A stretch of 63,910 bases of DNA, the filler included, from Phoronis australis (lineage: Eukaryota > Animalia > Phoronida), in NCBI GenBank assembly GCA_002633005.1. It is 6 parts of 6 records of this genome, joined end to end, with 100 filler letters (N's around TTAATTAATTAA, not from the genome) between each part and the next. Parts side by side here need not be neighbours in the genome. Positions count along the whole stretch, not along the records: positions 1 to 20,770 come from NMRA01001422.1; positions 20,871 to 27,720 come from NMRA01001398.1; 4 more parts are not named here. One strand, given 5' to 3'. The notes beneath the pieces are model-generated. The model had not been told where the DNA came from and made no database searches. It was given only the letters and a program-made list of their open reading frames with translations. Positions 11,736-23,824 of this stretch are shown piece after piece. A program made the translations under genes and the position numbers. The first letter of the stretch is position 1, and every line of letters starts with the position of its first letter.

Positions 11736-14190
11736 AAACAACAACAACAGTGCAGGTGGTCTGATGTCATTTGCGGTGCATCAGAGGTGCGCAGGCCTCA
11801 TGGTTGGGCCCATTGCACAAAACACCTGAGCAAAGGCACGAGACCCCAATTATGGCTCCTAGTGAAGAAAGTTTTCAAGTCTGCCAGTCTCATTTAGGAA
11901 AACGGACAGACGTTTCCATTTGTTGCCATGCACTATATGTTGTAGGCATGTAACAGTGCNNNNNNNNNNNNNNNNNNNNNNNNNNNNNNNNNNNNNNNNN
12001 NNNNNNNNNNNNNNNNNNNNNNNNNNNNNNNNNNNNNNNNNNNNNNNNNNNNNNNNNNNNNNNNNNNNNNNNNNNNNNNNNNNNNNNNNNNNNNNNNNNN
12101 NNNNNNNNNNNNNNNNNNNNNNNNNNNNNNNNNNNNNNNNNNNNNNNNNNNNNNNNNNNNNNNNNNNNNNNNNNNNNNNNNNNNNNNNNNNNNNNNNNNN
12201 NNNNNNNNNNNNNNNNNNNNNNNNNNNNNNNNNNNNNNNNNNNNNNNNNNNNNNNNNNNNNNNNNNNNNNNNNNNNNNNNNNNNNNNNNNNNNNNNNNNN
12301 NNNNNNNNNNNNNNNNNNNNNNNNNNNNNNNNNNNNNNNNNNNNNNNNNNNNNNNNNNNNNNNNNNNNNNNNNNNNNNNNNNNNNNNNNNNNNNNNNNNN
12401 NNNNNNNNNNNNNNNNNNNNNNNNNNNNNNNNNNNNNNNNNNNNNNNNNNNNNNNNNNNNNNNNNNNNNNNNNNNNNNNNNNNNNNNNNNNNNNNNNNNN
12501 NNNNNNNNNNNNNNNNNNNNNNNNNNNNNNNNNNNNNNNNNNNNNNNNNNNNNNNNNNNNNNNNNNNNNNNNNNNNNNNNNNNNNNNNNNNNNNNNNNNN
12601 NNNNNNNNNNNNNNNNNNNNNNNNNNNNNNNNNNNNNNNNNNNNNNNNNNNNNNNNNNNNNNNNNNNNNNNNNNNNNNNNNNNNNNNNNNNNNNNNNNNN
12701 NNNNNNNNNNNNNNNNNNNNNNNNNNNNNNNNNNGGGATATAACCTAGTCTAAGACTGGCTTTGTAAGTTGCTGTGAGTATATGGAATAGTGGTATCCCA
12801 GCTTCTTGCAACATTATAGGATATATCATGTCTAGTCCTGGGGACTTCCATGGTTTAAAAGACTTTAGAGCTAACTCCACGAGATGTGGTGTGGCTATGT
12901 TTTCAACATCAGCATAAGCTAATGGTTCACACTCCTCGGAGTCCGTCACTTTTGAATATTGGTTTGACAGGTTTACACTATCAGGATAGTGCTTACCCAT
13001 CATGACTTCGAGTGTTTCCTCGGCGGAGCGTGTGTATGAGCCATCCTCTTTTTGAATGACCTCGAGTCTGGAGGAGTGATTCTTCTTAAGCAATTGCATC
13101 AGCCTTGCAGATGCAGAGAGGATGTTAGTTTGCTGACAGAAATTCCTCCAGGAATTGCGCTTTGCTTTGCGTGTGGCAGACTTAAACATACGACGGGCAA
13201 GATGATATGCATCCCAGCACTCGTCAGTGTCAGTCCGAATTGCCGCTCTGTGAGCTTTACGTGCCTTACCCCGAAGTGCTGCCAGTTCTTTGGTCCACCA
13301 AATCTGTTGTTTTGCTTTCCCAGTGACCTTAATACAGCGTTTGGGGCAGGAAACATCTAGTGACTTGGTCAGGGCATTGTTAATGTCATCTGCCAATTTG
13401 TTAACATCAGAACGAGTCCTGATATTTGTTGTTTCTAGAGTAGAAAAGAGTTTGGAAACCTTTGAACGATAGAGTTCCCAGTTCACCTTATTGGTGTTCC
13501 TATACTCAGTAAATAGTGGAACAACGAAAGTCGCCACTTCAAACCTGATGTATCTGTGGTCAGATAAAGAAGGTACAGAATCCACTCTCCAATTAGTTAC
13601 CACATCAACAGCAGGCAAATTAACTAGAGTAAGGTCTATAACCTCCTGCCGGTTTCTGACAACAAATGTGGACTCATGGCACTTGTTGCATATTAAAAGT
13701 TGTGAGCTGACAATGAACTCTAGAAGTGCCTCACCTCTTGGGTTGGTGTCAGTGCTGTGTCACACCTCGTGATGTGAATTGGCATCACAACAGATAACCA
13801 AAGGGATATTCTTGGCTCTGCAGTGATTGGTGATTTGTTGCAGTTTAGGTGGGGGTGGGTTCTCGGCGGAGTCCCCTGGCATATGCTGAGACCTACCATA
13901 CTGTGCATATTAGACCATTTGGTCTTAGTGTATCACAGACACTGCCACAGTGTCCCTGTCACAAAACTCAGGAAGGATTCTTGAGGTTATGTCCTTGGAT
14001 ACCAGAATCGCAGCCCTGGGCTTGATGTTGTTACCCAGTGAAGCAATATAAGATTTGGCATTCCTAGGAGTGTTCATCACCGCGCTTCCCCGACAGCACG
14101 GCTCTTGTACGAAGGCCATGAATAGGGTATTGCGCTCAAGCGTCTGCTGAAACGAATGCAAGATCTCACTTTTCTTGTAGGAAACTTTGC
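11736..14190 (-). mobile_element. Non-LTR retrotransposon (APE endonuclease plus start of RT), LOA/R1-like, disabled and gapped
   Basis: APE motifs AFVQEP, PRAAIL, FCDRDTVAV, CDANSHHEV*HSTDTNPRG, VIDLTL, SLSDHRYIRF; pre-RT SFKPWKSPGLDMIYPIMLQ...ASLRLGYI; in-frame stops and a frameshift; 3' UTR with (GTT)n tail at ~11737-11749; N gap 11960-12734. Confidence 0.9.
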
Positions 14191-14456
14191 CTTATGCAAC
14201 ACACATCTAAAACGCATCTGACTGACGTCATTGGTTTAGTTAGTGGTTCGCTTAGTCTCTTTACTACGAATATGAACTTCAGTGTCGCCTAGTATGATTG
14301 CTTTACAAAAATGTTGGATTCACTGTTTTCATAGGGACATTTCAGGGTGAAAACGTTTATTCACTGACCTGGTGTAGTGGATCAATTACCGGGATCAAAA
14401 ATACCTTTACAACCCAAACCTCCCTGTGCATGATATCTCGGAACGCATTAACCAGC

Positions 14457-14604
14457 CCCCCGTTCAGTAACACTAAGACCTCGCTAAAAGCAAGACTTCG
14501 CGAGATTACGTAAGATGTTGCCATGTATTTTAAATGAGATAACGAGACTGGCTAGCTTTTAGCTAGGTCCTATCGTAGGTCCTAGCGTTACTGTACGCAC
14601 GCCC
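14457..14604. mobile_element. PIF/Harbinger-like MITE (family also at 63141)
   Basis: Inverted ends CGTTCAGTAACACTAAGACC / GGTCCTAGCGTTACTGTACG; core AAAAGCAAGACTTCGCGAGATTACGT shared with 63141-63290. Confidence 0.65.
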
Positions 14605-16638
14605 GGTGTTCGCTTGGCGATTCCACTGGCTACCGGTATTTAGTAACGGCTGTGTTAATGGTGGGAACTTCACGGCCTTCTTGTATGGAATACAATTTGA
14701 AATCGGTATGCATTGTTTTTCTTGATTTATTTTTTTATATTTCTTGAATTACAACAGTGACTGGACCTCTGTGTGCTGGTTCGACTCTTTCGTCTGTTTG
14801 GCGATCCCAAGTTGCCCATTCGACAACTAGCCTGTCGGCGCGACCCAACTGTCATGTTAGCTTGACAAGTAAATCAAGATTGAAACATGGGGCTCGTTCC
14901 AAGTAAACTGTCTTAGCGAAGACAAATCTTAAACTCTAGTCAATTTAAAGACACACTCTGAGCACATTACACTAAGCTTACGGTTAGTGTATTGTGACGG
15001 GAAATTTTTGCATCTATTTTACTGTCTAGTAAAACGAAAAAAAAAAAAAAATCGGCAATGAAGCGCTGTGCAAAGTCTTCCAATAATAGAACTCTAGGTA
15101 TCGTGCTACTACCACCCGACCACACAACGACCATTATTAGCAGACAATGTACTTGCCACAAGTATAACATGCTATGTCTGACAGGTATCGAACAACCAGT
15201 CAGTTATCATAGAACAAAAATTGACAAATTTTAAAATTAATTTTGTCTGACTTCTCTTCCCATTTTTGGCATAACTTAGATGCAGTACACACCTATTTAG
15301 AGGAATGTTGTCTATCACTCTGATAGATTGTGATATCAGAACTGTGATTGTGATATCAGTAAGTATGGTTTATGGAAAATATTCAATGCTTCTTTTAGAA
15401 CATTGGTAATTAACACTTAGTATAAGCACACAAAAGACACCATTACCAAAAGGTTATAGAAGCAGGAAGCTACAAAAAGTACAGTGTATACACGATGAAA
15501 GCAGAAAATTGCAAGGTAATTGAGTCACAGAATCAGAAAGGCTGACTGCAATGAAAACTGATAAGTGACTCTGCAATCATCAAATTTCACCTAGGTTATA
15601 AGTGATAGAAACCTTCCATATCTTACCTGATAGAGTAAATGTAGTACCATCAGACTGCTTGAGTGAACGCTACTCCTAGCTGCAACGTAAGATTTTATAA
15701 GGAATTCCGGTTGAAGTACTCATAATTTTGACACTTTAATTATATATACCTGAATGAATCCAGACCTGTATCATCCCAAAAAATTAATAGTTAAAACTAA
15801 TAGAGCTCTTGTACAAGGACCAGAATCATATATAGTTGTAAATAAATAAAGTGCTTGCATTACGCATGTCTTTCACAAGCACAAGTTTAAATTCTTTCAC
15901 TTGTCATTAAAAATTTGTTCACCCCACTTATACGACCATCTTGAGGTCACGCATTGTTGCATGCTGGAATGCTTTCACGGACCTGGTCGTTGTTTTGTTC
16001 ACTGTTTGATTTGTGGTGATGGCATTGGTTGCACACACATCGGTGTCCACAGTGCTGGGATTAGAAAGACTTTATTCTAAAAGTAACAATGAACGATTTT
16101 CTATAAACAATATAGTGGAGACTGAATTGCCTCCAATTCACAATTGTTAACAAACATAAGACTGCTCACGATACATTAATACACAACTTAGTTTATATGA
16201 CCGGCCAGTACAGATAAATTTGCTTAGACTAGAAATTCCTGATATGACCTTATCGTATGTGTATCGCGGGGCTAAGTAGAGATTTTTGGGATATATCGGA
16301 GCCAATTTTGCACAACTGCGTTGATTTAAGACGCGAGACCGTAGACACCCTATACCTATGCCCAAGACAGTCTCAAGATGAGATCACGTGCTCCGCTTGT
16401 AACGCATTTAGGTGGCACTGAATAGTTAGGCTGCGGCCGCGGACAATTTGCAGTCCCAAAATATAAAAAGTTTGGGGAAGGCCAAGTTTGGGGGCATTTT
16501 GTAAGTGAGCATTGCATGTAGGTTGAGTGAATGTGGTTTGTCTGCATATGTGAACATGCTGAAAATAAAAAAAGGCCAGTTTCTCGGCTGTAGCTGTACT
16601 CTTCTTCAAGATGGCGGCCCCCGGTTGCAATTGCGCAT

Positions 16639-19600
16639 TGAGGTCACACGGCAAGATCAAAGTTGAAAGACGTCATTTTGAGACTTTTTCCCGCCTAAAA
16701 ATTTTTTGACCCCAATCATTAATGAGGTCACACGGCAAGATCAAAGTTGAAAGACGTCATTTTGAGACTTTTTCCCGCCTAAATATTTTTTGACCCCGAT
16801 TTCAAAACTTCTTTCATCGTTGGATAGCCTTTTACATACTGACTCCAAAAAAGTAAGTGCCCACTTCTGGTGAGCCCTAATAAGGTCACGGAAGAGGATT
16901 AAAGTTGGAAAATGGGGGGAGTCTGTGACGTTGACCTTAAAACTTGACCCCGCAGGAGACAGGGACCTACAAATAAGTCGCATTTGAAAACTTGCCCTTA
17001 ACCTTGCTTTGAAAATGTCTCGGTTTGGTAGTCTTCAGGTTATTGGTCATGAAGATATGACTTCGAAAAACCGCAGTTCATCTTGGCACAACTTTTCTGA
17101 TATTGTGAAGGGGTTATGTGAGTTTGGGGCACTCCTGGGCCCTTACTAAGGCCAAGAAAAATATGATACCTACATTTGTAGATGGGGGAGACGAGGGGCT
17201 ATTAGATGCACAAAGAATTTTTAAAATCGAAGACAAAAAGGTTTTCGACCAAAAAAAAACCTAGGCCTATAGTCAAGGGGTTTTTTGGGGCCGAAAAAAT
17301 TTTTGTCTCCAATTACAAAAATTCTTTCCCAGATGGACGAAGAATGCCGAGAAACTAAGGCCCACCAAGTTTGAGTTCGATTGGATCATTAATGAGGTCA
17401 CACGGCAAGATCAAAGTTGAAAGACGTCATTTTGAGACTTTTTCCCGCCTAAAAATTTTTTGACCCCGATTTTAAAACTTCTTTCATCGTTGGATAGCCT
17501 TTTACTTACTGACTCCAAAAAAGTAAGTGGCCACTTCTGGTGAGCCCTAATAAGGTCACGGAAGAGGATTAAAGTTGGAAAATTGGGGGGAGTCTGTGAC
17601 GTTGACCTTAAACCTTGACCCCGCAGGAGACAGGGACCTACAAATAAGACGCATTTGAAAACTTGCCCTTAACCTTGCTTTGAAAATGTCTCGGTTTGGT
17701 AGTCTTCAGGTTATTGGTCATGAAGATATGACTTCGAAAAACCGCAGTTCATCTTGGCACAACTTTTCTGATATTGTGAAGGGGTTATGTGAGTTTGGGG
17801 CACTCCTGGGCCCTTACTAAGGCCAAGAAAAGTATGATACCTACATTTGTAGAGGGGGGAGACAAGGGGCTATTAGATGCACAAAGAATTTTTAAAATCG
17901 AAGACAAAAAGGTTTTCGACCAAAAAAAAACCTAGGCCTATAGTCAAGGGGTTTTTTGGGGCCGAAAAAATTTTTGTCTCCAATTACAAAAATTCTTTCC
18001 CAGATGGACGAAGAATGCCGAGAAACTAAGGCCCACCAAGTTTGAGTTCGATTGGATCATTAATGAGGTCACACGGCAAGATCAAAGTTGAAAGACGTCA
18101 TTTTGAGACTTTTTCCCGCCTAAAAATTTTTTGACCCCGATTTTAAAACTTCTTTCATCGTTGGATAGCCTTTTACTTACTGACTCCAAAAAAGTAAGTG
18201 GCCACTTCTGGTGAGCCCTAATAAGGTCACGGAAGAGGATTAAAGTTGGAAAATTGGGGGGAGTCTGTGACGTTGACCTTAAACCTTGACCCCGCAGGAG
18301 ACAGGGACCTACAAATAAGACGCATTTGAAAACTTGCCCTTAACCTTGCTTTGAAAATGTCTCGGTTTGGTAGTCTTCAGGTTATTGGTCATGAAGATAT
18401 GACTTCGAAAAACCGCAGTTCATCTTGGCACAACTTTTCTGATATTGTGAAGGGGTTATGTGAGTTTGGGGCACTCCTGGGCCCTTACTAAGGCCAAGAA
18501 AAGTATGATACCTACATTTGTAGAGGGGGGAGACAAGGGGCTATTAGATGCACAAAGAATTTTTAAAATCGAAGACAAAAAGGTTTTCGACCAAAAAAAA
18601 ACCTAGGCCTATAGTCAAGGGGTTTTTTGGGGCCGAAAAAATTTTTGTCTCCAATTACAAAAATTCTTTCCCAGATGGACGAAGAATGCCGAGAAACTAA
18701 GGCCCACCAAGTTTGAGTTCGATTGGATCATTAATGAGGTCACACGGCAAGATCAAAGTTGAAAGACGTCATTTTGAGACTTTTTCCCGCCTAAAAATTT
18801 TTTGACCCCGATTTTAAAACTTCTTTCATCGTTGGATAGCCTTTTACTTACTGACTCCAAAAAAGTAAGTGGCCACTTCTGGTGAGCCCTAATAAGGTCA
18901 CGGAAGAGGATTAAAGTTGGAAAATTGGGGGGAGTCTGTGACGTTGACCTTAAACCTTGACCCCGCAGGAGACAGGGACCTACAAATAAGACGCATTTGA
19001 AAACTTGCCCTTAACCTTGCTTTGAAAATGTCTCGGTTTGGTAGTCTTCAGGTTATTGGTCATGAAGATATGACTTCGAAAAACCGCAGTTCATCTTGGC
19101 ACAACTTTTCTGATATTGTGAAGGGGTTATGTGAGTTTGGGGCACTCCTGGGCCCTTACTAAGGCCAAGAAAAGTATGATACCTACATTTGTAGAGGGGG
19201 GAGACAAGGGGCTATTAGATGCACAAAGAATTTTTAAAATCGAAGACAAAAAGGTTTTCGACCAAAAAAAAACCTAGGCCTATAGTCAAGGGGTTTTTTG
19301 GGGCCGAAAAAATTTTTGTCTCCAATTACAAAAATTCTTTCCCAGATGGACGAAGAATGCCGAGAAACTAAGGCCCACCAAGTTTGAGTTCGATTGGATC
19401 ATTAATGAGGTCACACGGCAAGATCAAAGTTGAAAGACGTCATTTTGAGACTTTTTCCCGCCTAAAAATTTTTTGACCCCGATTTTAAAACTTCTTTCAT
19501 CGTTGGATAGCCTTTTACTTACTGACTCCAAAAAAGTAAGTGGCCACTTCTGGTGAGCCCTAATAAGGTCACGGAAGAGGATTAAAGTTGGAAAATTGGG

Positions 19601-20770
19601 GGGAGTCTGTGACGTTGACCTTAAACCTTGACCCCGCAGGAGACAGGGACCTACAAATAAGACGCATTTGAAAACTTGCCCTTAACCTTGCTTTGAAAAT
19701 GTCTCGGTTTGGTAGTCTTCAGGTTATTGGTCATGAAGATATGACTTCGAAAAACCGCAGTTCATCTTGGCACAACTTTTCTGATATTGTGAAGGGGTTA
19801 TGTGAGTTTGGGGCACTCCTGGGCCCTTACTAAGGCCAAGAAAAGTATGATACCTACATTTGTAGAGGGGGGAGACAAGGGGCTATTAGATGCACAAAGA
19901 ATTTTTAAAATCGAAGACAAAAAGGTTTTCGACCAAAAAAAAACCTAGGCCTATAGTCCAGGGGTTTTTTGGGGCCGAAAAAATTTTTGTCTCCAATTAC
20001 AAAAATTCTTTCCCAGATGGACGAAGAATGCCGAGAAACTAAGGCCCACCAACTTTGAGTTCGATTGGATCATTAATGAGGTCACACGGCAAGATCAAAG
20101 TTGAAAGACGTCATTTTGAGACTTTTTCCCGCCTAAAAATTTTTTGACCCCGATTTCAAAACTTCTTTCATCGTTGGATAGCCTTTTACTTACTGACTCC
20201 AAAAAAGTAAGTGGCCACTTCTGGTGAGCCCTAATAAGGTCACGGAAGAGGATTAAAGTTGGAAAATTGGGGGGAGTCTGTGACGTTGACCTTAAACCTT
20301 GACCCCGCAGGAAACAGGGACCTACAAATAAGACGCATTTGAAAACCTGCCCTTAACCTTGCTTTGAAAATGTCTCGGTTTGGTAGTCTTCAGGTTATTG
20401 GTCATGAAGATATGACTTCGAAAAATCGCAGTTCATCTTCGCACAACTTTTCTGATATTGTGAAGGGGTTATGCGAGTTTGGGGCACTCCTGGGCCCTTA
20501 CTAAGGCCAAGAAAAGTATGATACCTACATTTGTAGACGGAGGAGACAAGGGGCTATTAGATGCACAAAGAATTTTTAAAATCGAAGACAAAAAGGTTTT
20601 CGACCAAAAAAAAACTAGGCCTATATAGTCCAGGGGTTTTTTGGGGCCGAAATAAATTTTGTCTCCAATTACAAAAATTCTTGCCCAGATGGTAGAAGAA
20701 TGCCGAGAAACTAAGGCCCACCAAGTTTGAGTTCGATTGGATCATTAATGAGGTCACACGGCAAGATCAA
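16639..20770. repeat. Tandem array of 670-672-bp units (6 full copies plus partials), running into a spacer
   Basis: AATGAGGTCACACGGCAAGATCAA recurs at 16721, 17391, 18062, 18733, 19404, 20075 and 20747; partial lead-in copy at 16639-16715. Confidence 0.97.
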
Positions 20771-20870
20771 NNNNNNNNNNNNNNNNNNNNNNNNNNNNNN
20801 NNNNNNNNNNNNNNTTAATTAATTAANNNNNNNNNNNNNNNNNNNNNNNNNNNNNNNNNNNNNNNNNNNN
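20771..20870. other. Artificial 100-nt contig spacer
   Basis: N-run, TTAATTAATTAA (stops in all six frames), N-run; same structure at 27721-27820, 56282-56381, 60086-60185 and 62198-62297. Confidence 0.95.
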
Positions 20871-21260
20871 CTGTCCAATTTATTTTCAACAACGACAGGA
20901 CTCTTCTAGATCATCGAAATTATCTATGATGTGTTCTCTATACGTGTACTTAATGAATCCCATAGTTTGCTACACAAATGAAAGCCAATATGCTTACTAA
21001 TAGTTCGAGTTAATTCAGTGTAGAAACTAGTCTTATGCTGGTTCAATCCGTTGCATTATTTATTTATAACAGTCTGTTGTTGTATTGGAGTGTTGTAAGT
21101 CAATGTTATTTTTCTATTTTTCATTTGCATAGTACGCTAACAGTTTAATGTTGCCATTTATTATTGATTATTTATTGTCTAAAGCCCGGATATAATGCTC
21201 ACTGGTGTTTCCGGGCTGAATTTTAGTGTATTATATATTTGAGTATGTCTTAATAAATTG
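20871..21260 (+). mobile_element. Possible decayed CR1/L2-type LINE 3' end
   Basis: Degenerate FSIRVLNE resembling the FSxRVxxxWN C-terminus, T-rich UTR, hairpin AGCCCGGA...TCCGGGCT (21183-21217), then AATAAA. Confidence 0.3.
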
Positions 21261-22013
21261 GTATAACTCAGTTAAAAAATCGTCACGTGTACATCAAAAA
21301 ATTGTTGAACATAAAACAATGTTCACGAGTAATAATTTCCAACAGTTGGCCCGAGCTCTCTGTATCTTTGACAGTCGCTCGCACCGCAACAATAAAGCAG
21401 ACGGCCAAGAGACTAATGATTAAAATAACGGTTAGGAAAATCTTGAATTATAAAACGCCATATTGTAAGCTATGTGGCCAGCGAACTATCACTCATGGCA
21501 ACCAGATGAGCTCATATGATAGCTCTCCGCCTGCACTGAGCCTAAGGTTATTTGAAATTCTGTGCCGATACGCTTGTGTATGCTCACCTCAATATTTTTC
21601 ATTTCGTTCTTTAGTCAACTTGATGGTGATTTCAGGGCTTCCAAAGAACTGGCAGTTCATTGTTGCTTGAGACTAGCCATGCTCAGCTCTGTTCAAGGGT
21701 TGGTTTACCGACTACCGTGAGACTAACTGTACAAGCTGGCTTGCCAAGGTGTGCCATTTTGTGCGACCCAACATGGTGTCAAGGGATGGTGGTGGGAGTA
21801 CCGAACTGTATATTCTTCGCCAACCCAGAAATCACATTTCATCGGAGTAAATGATTTGTCTGAGATTAATTTTAGTGCGACAAATCGCCTAGATCAGAGG
21901 TTCGTTTCGTGGACGGAGCGTGAGTTCATAGCCGCTACATAAACGAAATTTTTTAGGAGTCTGCCTGGGTTGAGTGAACGCATACTCAAACGTCGAAAGG
22001 GACTTGTGTGTAC

Positions 22014-22268
22014 CAAACGCGCACCCAGGATTGGCTCTGGTAGCTCGAACGAGCCCCCCATTTGGCGAAGTGGCAAAAAGGTCCGCCTCAGAGAAACAAA
22101 AACTCCGAACAAATAGAGAACGAGACTGACAAAAGTCCAATAAAAAGGCAGGAACAACCAAAATTCTATGAATGTACGATTGGTAACTGAGCCTGCCTTG
22201 TGAATCTTAGTAAAAGGACCTATTTCTCAAAAGATTGAGCCCCCTATTTTAGTCTGGGCGCTCGCATG
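22014..22268 (+). mobile_element. hAT-like MITE, copy 1
   Basis: Ends ACGCGCACCCAG ... CTGGGCGCTCGCATG; interior similar to 38128-38378 (GCTCGAA-GAGCCC, CAAAAAGGTCC-CCTCAGAGAAACAAAAA). Confidence 0.6.
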
Positions 22269-23824
22269 TGGACGTCGGCTTTCATGTGGAAGAGTACACT
22301 TAAACATTGGCGGATGGCAGACAATGTAGTAAGGGGCTTACCGTCTAGCATGGAGTGATCACCCACAGTAGTTCAGTAGCTTTTTAAGCAGCGTATCTTC
22401 AGATTCAAATATTACGCATAGAATAAGCTGACCTCGCGCTGTTCAAGCGAATGCTTTCTCCGTTTTTTGCACACGACTATGAACGATAAGACTAAAAAAC
22501 AATACTTGGTTTTGGTATGTGTTTTTGTTGAAAACCGAGTCGGGGGTGCGATATTCTTTGGTTTTTCACTTTTTCAAAAAAAGTGAATACACCTAAGATG
22601 AGGAAAAATGATGTGGATTTTTTTACCCATCTCTAACCAGTTTCGGATGGGTGGATGGCTGGCAGCACTCGGACAGTCCTGGAACCTCTTTTTATCCCCA
22701 TTGGCGACTGGAAACATTGAAATGGGTCACAATTAATCCAGCATGTTTCCAAATGGCGTCATCAATCATGAAAATAGCCCCGTTCCGACCTCCAGCTCGA
22801 ATATGGTAACATTCCCTTCCCTGTGGGATTGCAGTCATATGAAACTGGTGTAGATATGTTTTAATGAGGGGTTTTAAAAAGCCCCCACTGTAGCCTAACA
22901 GGTAAGACAAATGCCCCCCTTAAAGCATACATACAGCAAAAATAAACTGAAATCGCTATAATTGTGATACACGAACTGAGCGACGAGCCACATAAACTCA
23001 GTACGTAGGCCTAACCCGGGTAAGAATTTCAAAAGATTAAAATCTGTAAGATAGTTGCCATACATTCGAAAATTAAGAAACAGGACGTCTGAATCTTGAC
23101 TACGGCAAGGGATAAAATGTCCGCTGCATTACCCAGGGATAACCTTACGGCGTTTTTTTTTACTCATCCTTCTGAAATGGAACTGGAAATAGGAGCAAAT
23201 CTCGTGGAAAAGCACAAAAATATGTGACAGTACGTAAATTTCGTCAAGAGTCTCTGTCGGAATGCGAGAAATTCTGATACTGTGGCTGGACGCATGACAA
23301 CTCTTCATTAAGCGAGATGGTACCATCAAAAGCGGAACAGTAAACAAGTATGCGCAGAAGTTTTTAAAAGTTATGTAGGTCCCCCAGAAAAATTCCAGAT
23401 TTCGTTAATTTCGGACTATTATATCTCAGAAACCGTTGATTGAATTTATATGAAACTTTCAACTACCAGGATTTATACACTGTTCTCCAAAACGCTTATA
23501 AGAATTGGTTTTAAAATATTCTACTTTGCATGAGGGTCTATAAAATTAGGACTTCAATGATTTTCAAGAAAAAAACTTCATAAGTTGCATGAGAAACAAA
23601 ACGAAATAATTTTTCAGAAAAGTGTAACGGGGCTTTTGCGATCTCACCTTGAACTTTTGTATCGAATACAAACATTTTATCGATACTATTGTTTTGTTAG
23701 CTATGCATTTTCCTTTTTTGCTAAATTTCACAAAAAGGCATGGTCACGTGATCCAATCAACAGATTGGTAAAAGTCAAAAACCTAATTCTACAGGCATTC
23801 TGCTTTCTGAAATTATATACTTTT

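Noticed and set aside
11472-11897. 141-aa and 115-aa plus-strand ORFs
   Set aside because: No recognisable motif; they overlap the LINE 3' UTR in antisense.
11920-12753. 277-aa ORF and the X-filled part of the 561-aa ORF
   Set aside because: Produced by translating through the N gap.
16639-20770. Array as a CRISPR or an RNA-gene cluster (5S, SL, snRNA)
   Set aside because: Units are full-length near-identical copies with no unique spacers and no cas genes, and I recognise no 5S, SL or snRNA sequence in the unit.
20815-20826. TTAATTAATTAA as a biological site (homeodomain or PacI-like)
   Set aside because: Always centred in identical 100-nt N spacers; artificial.
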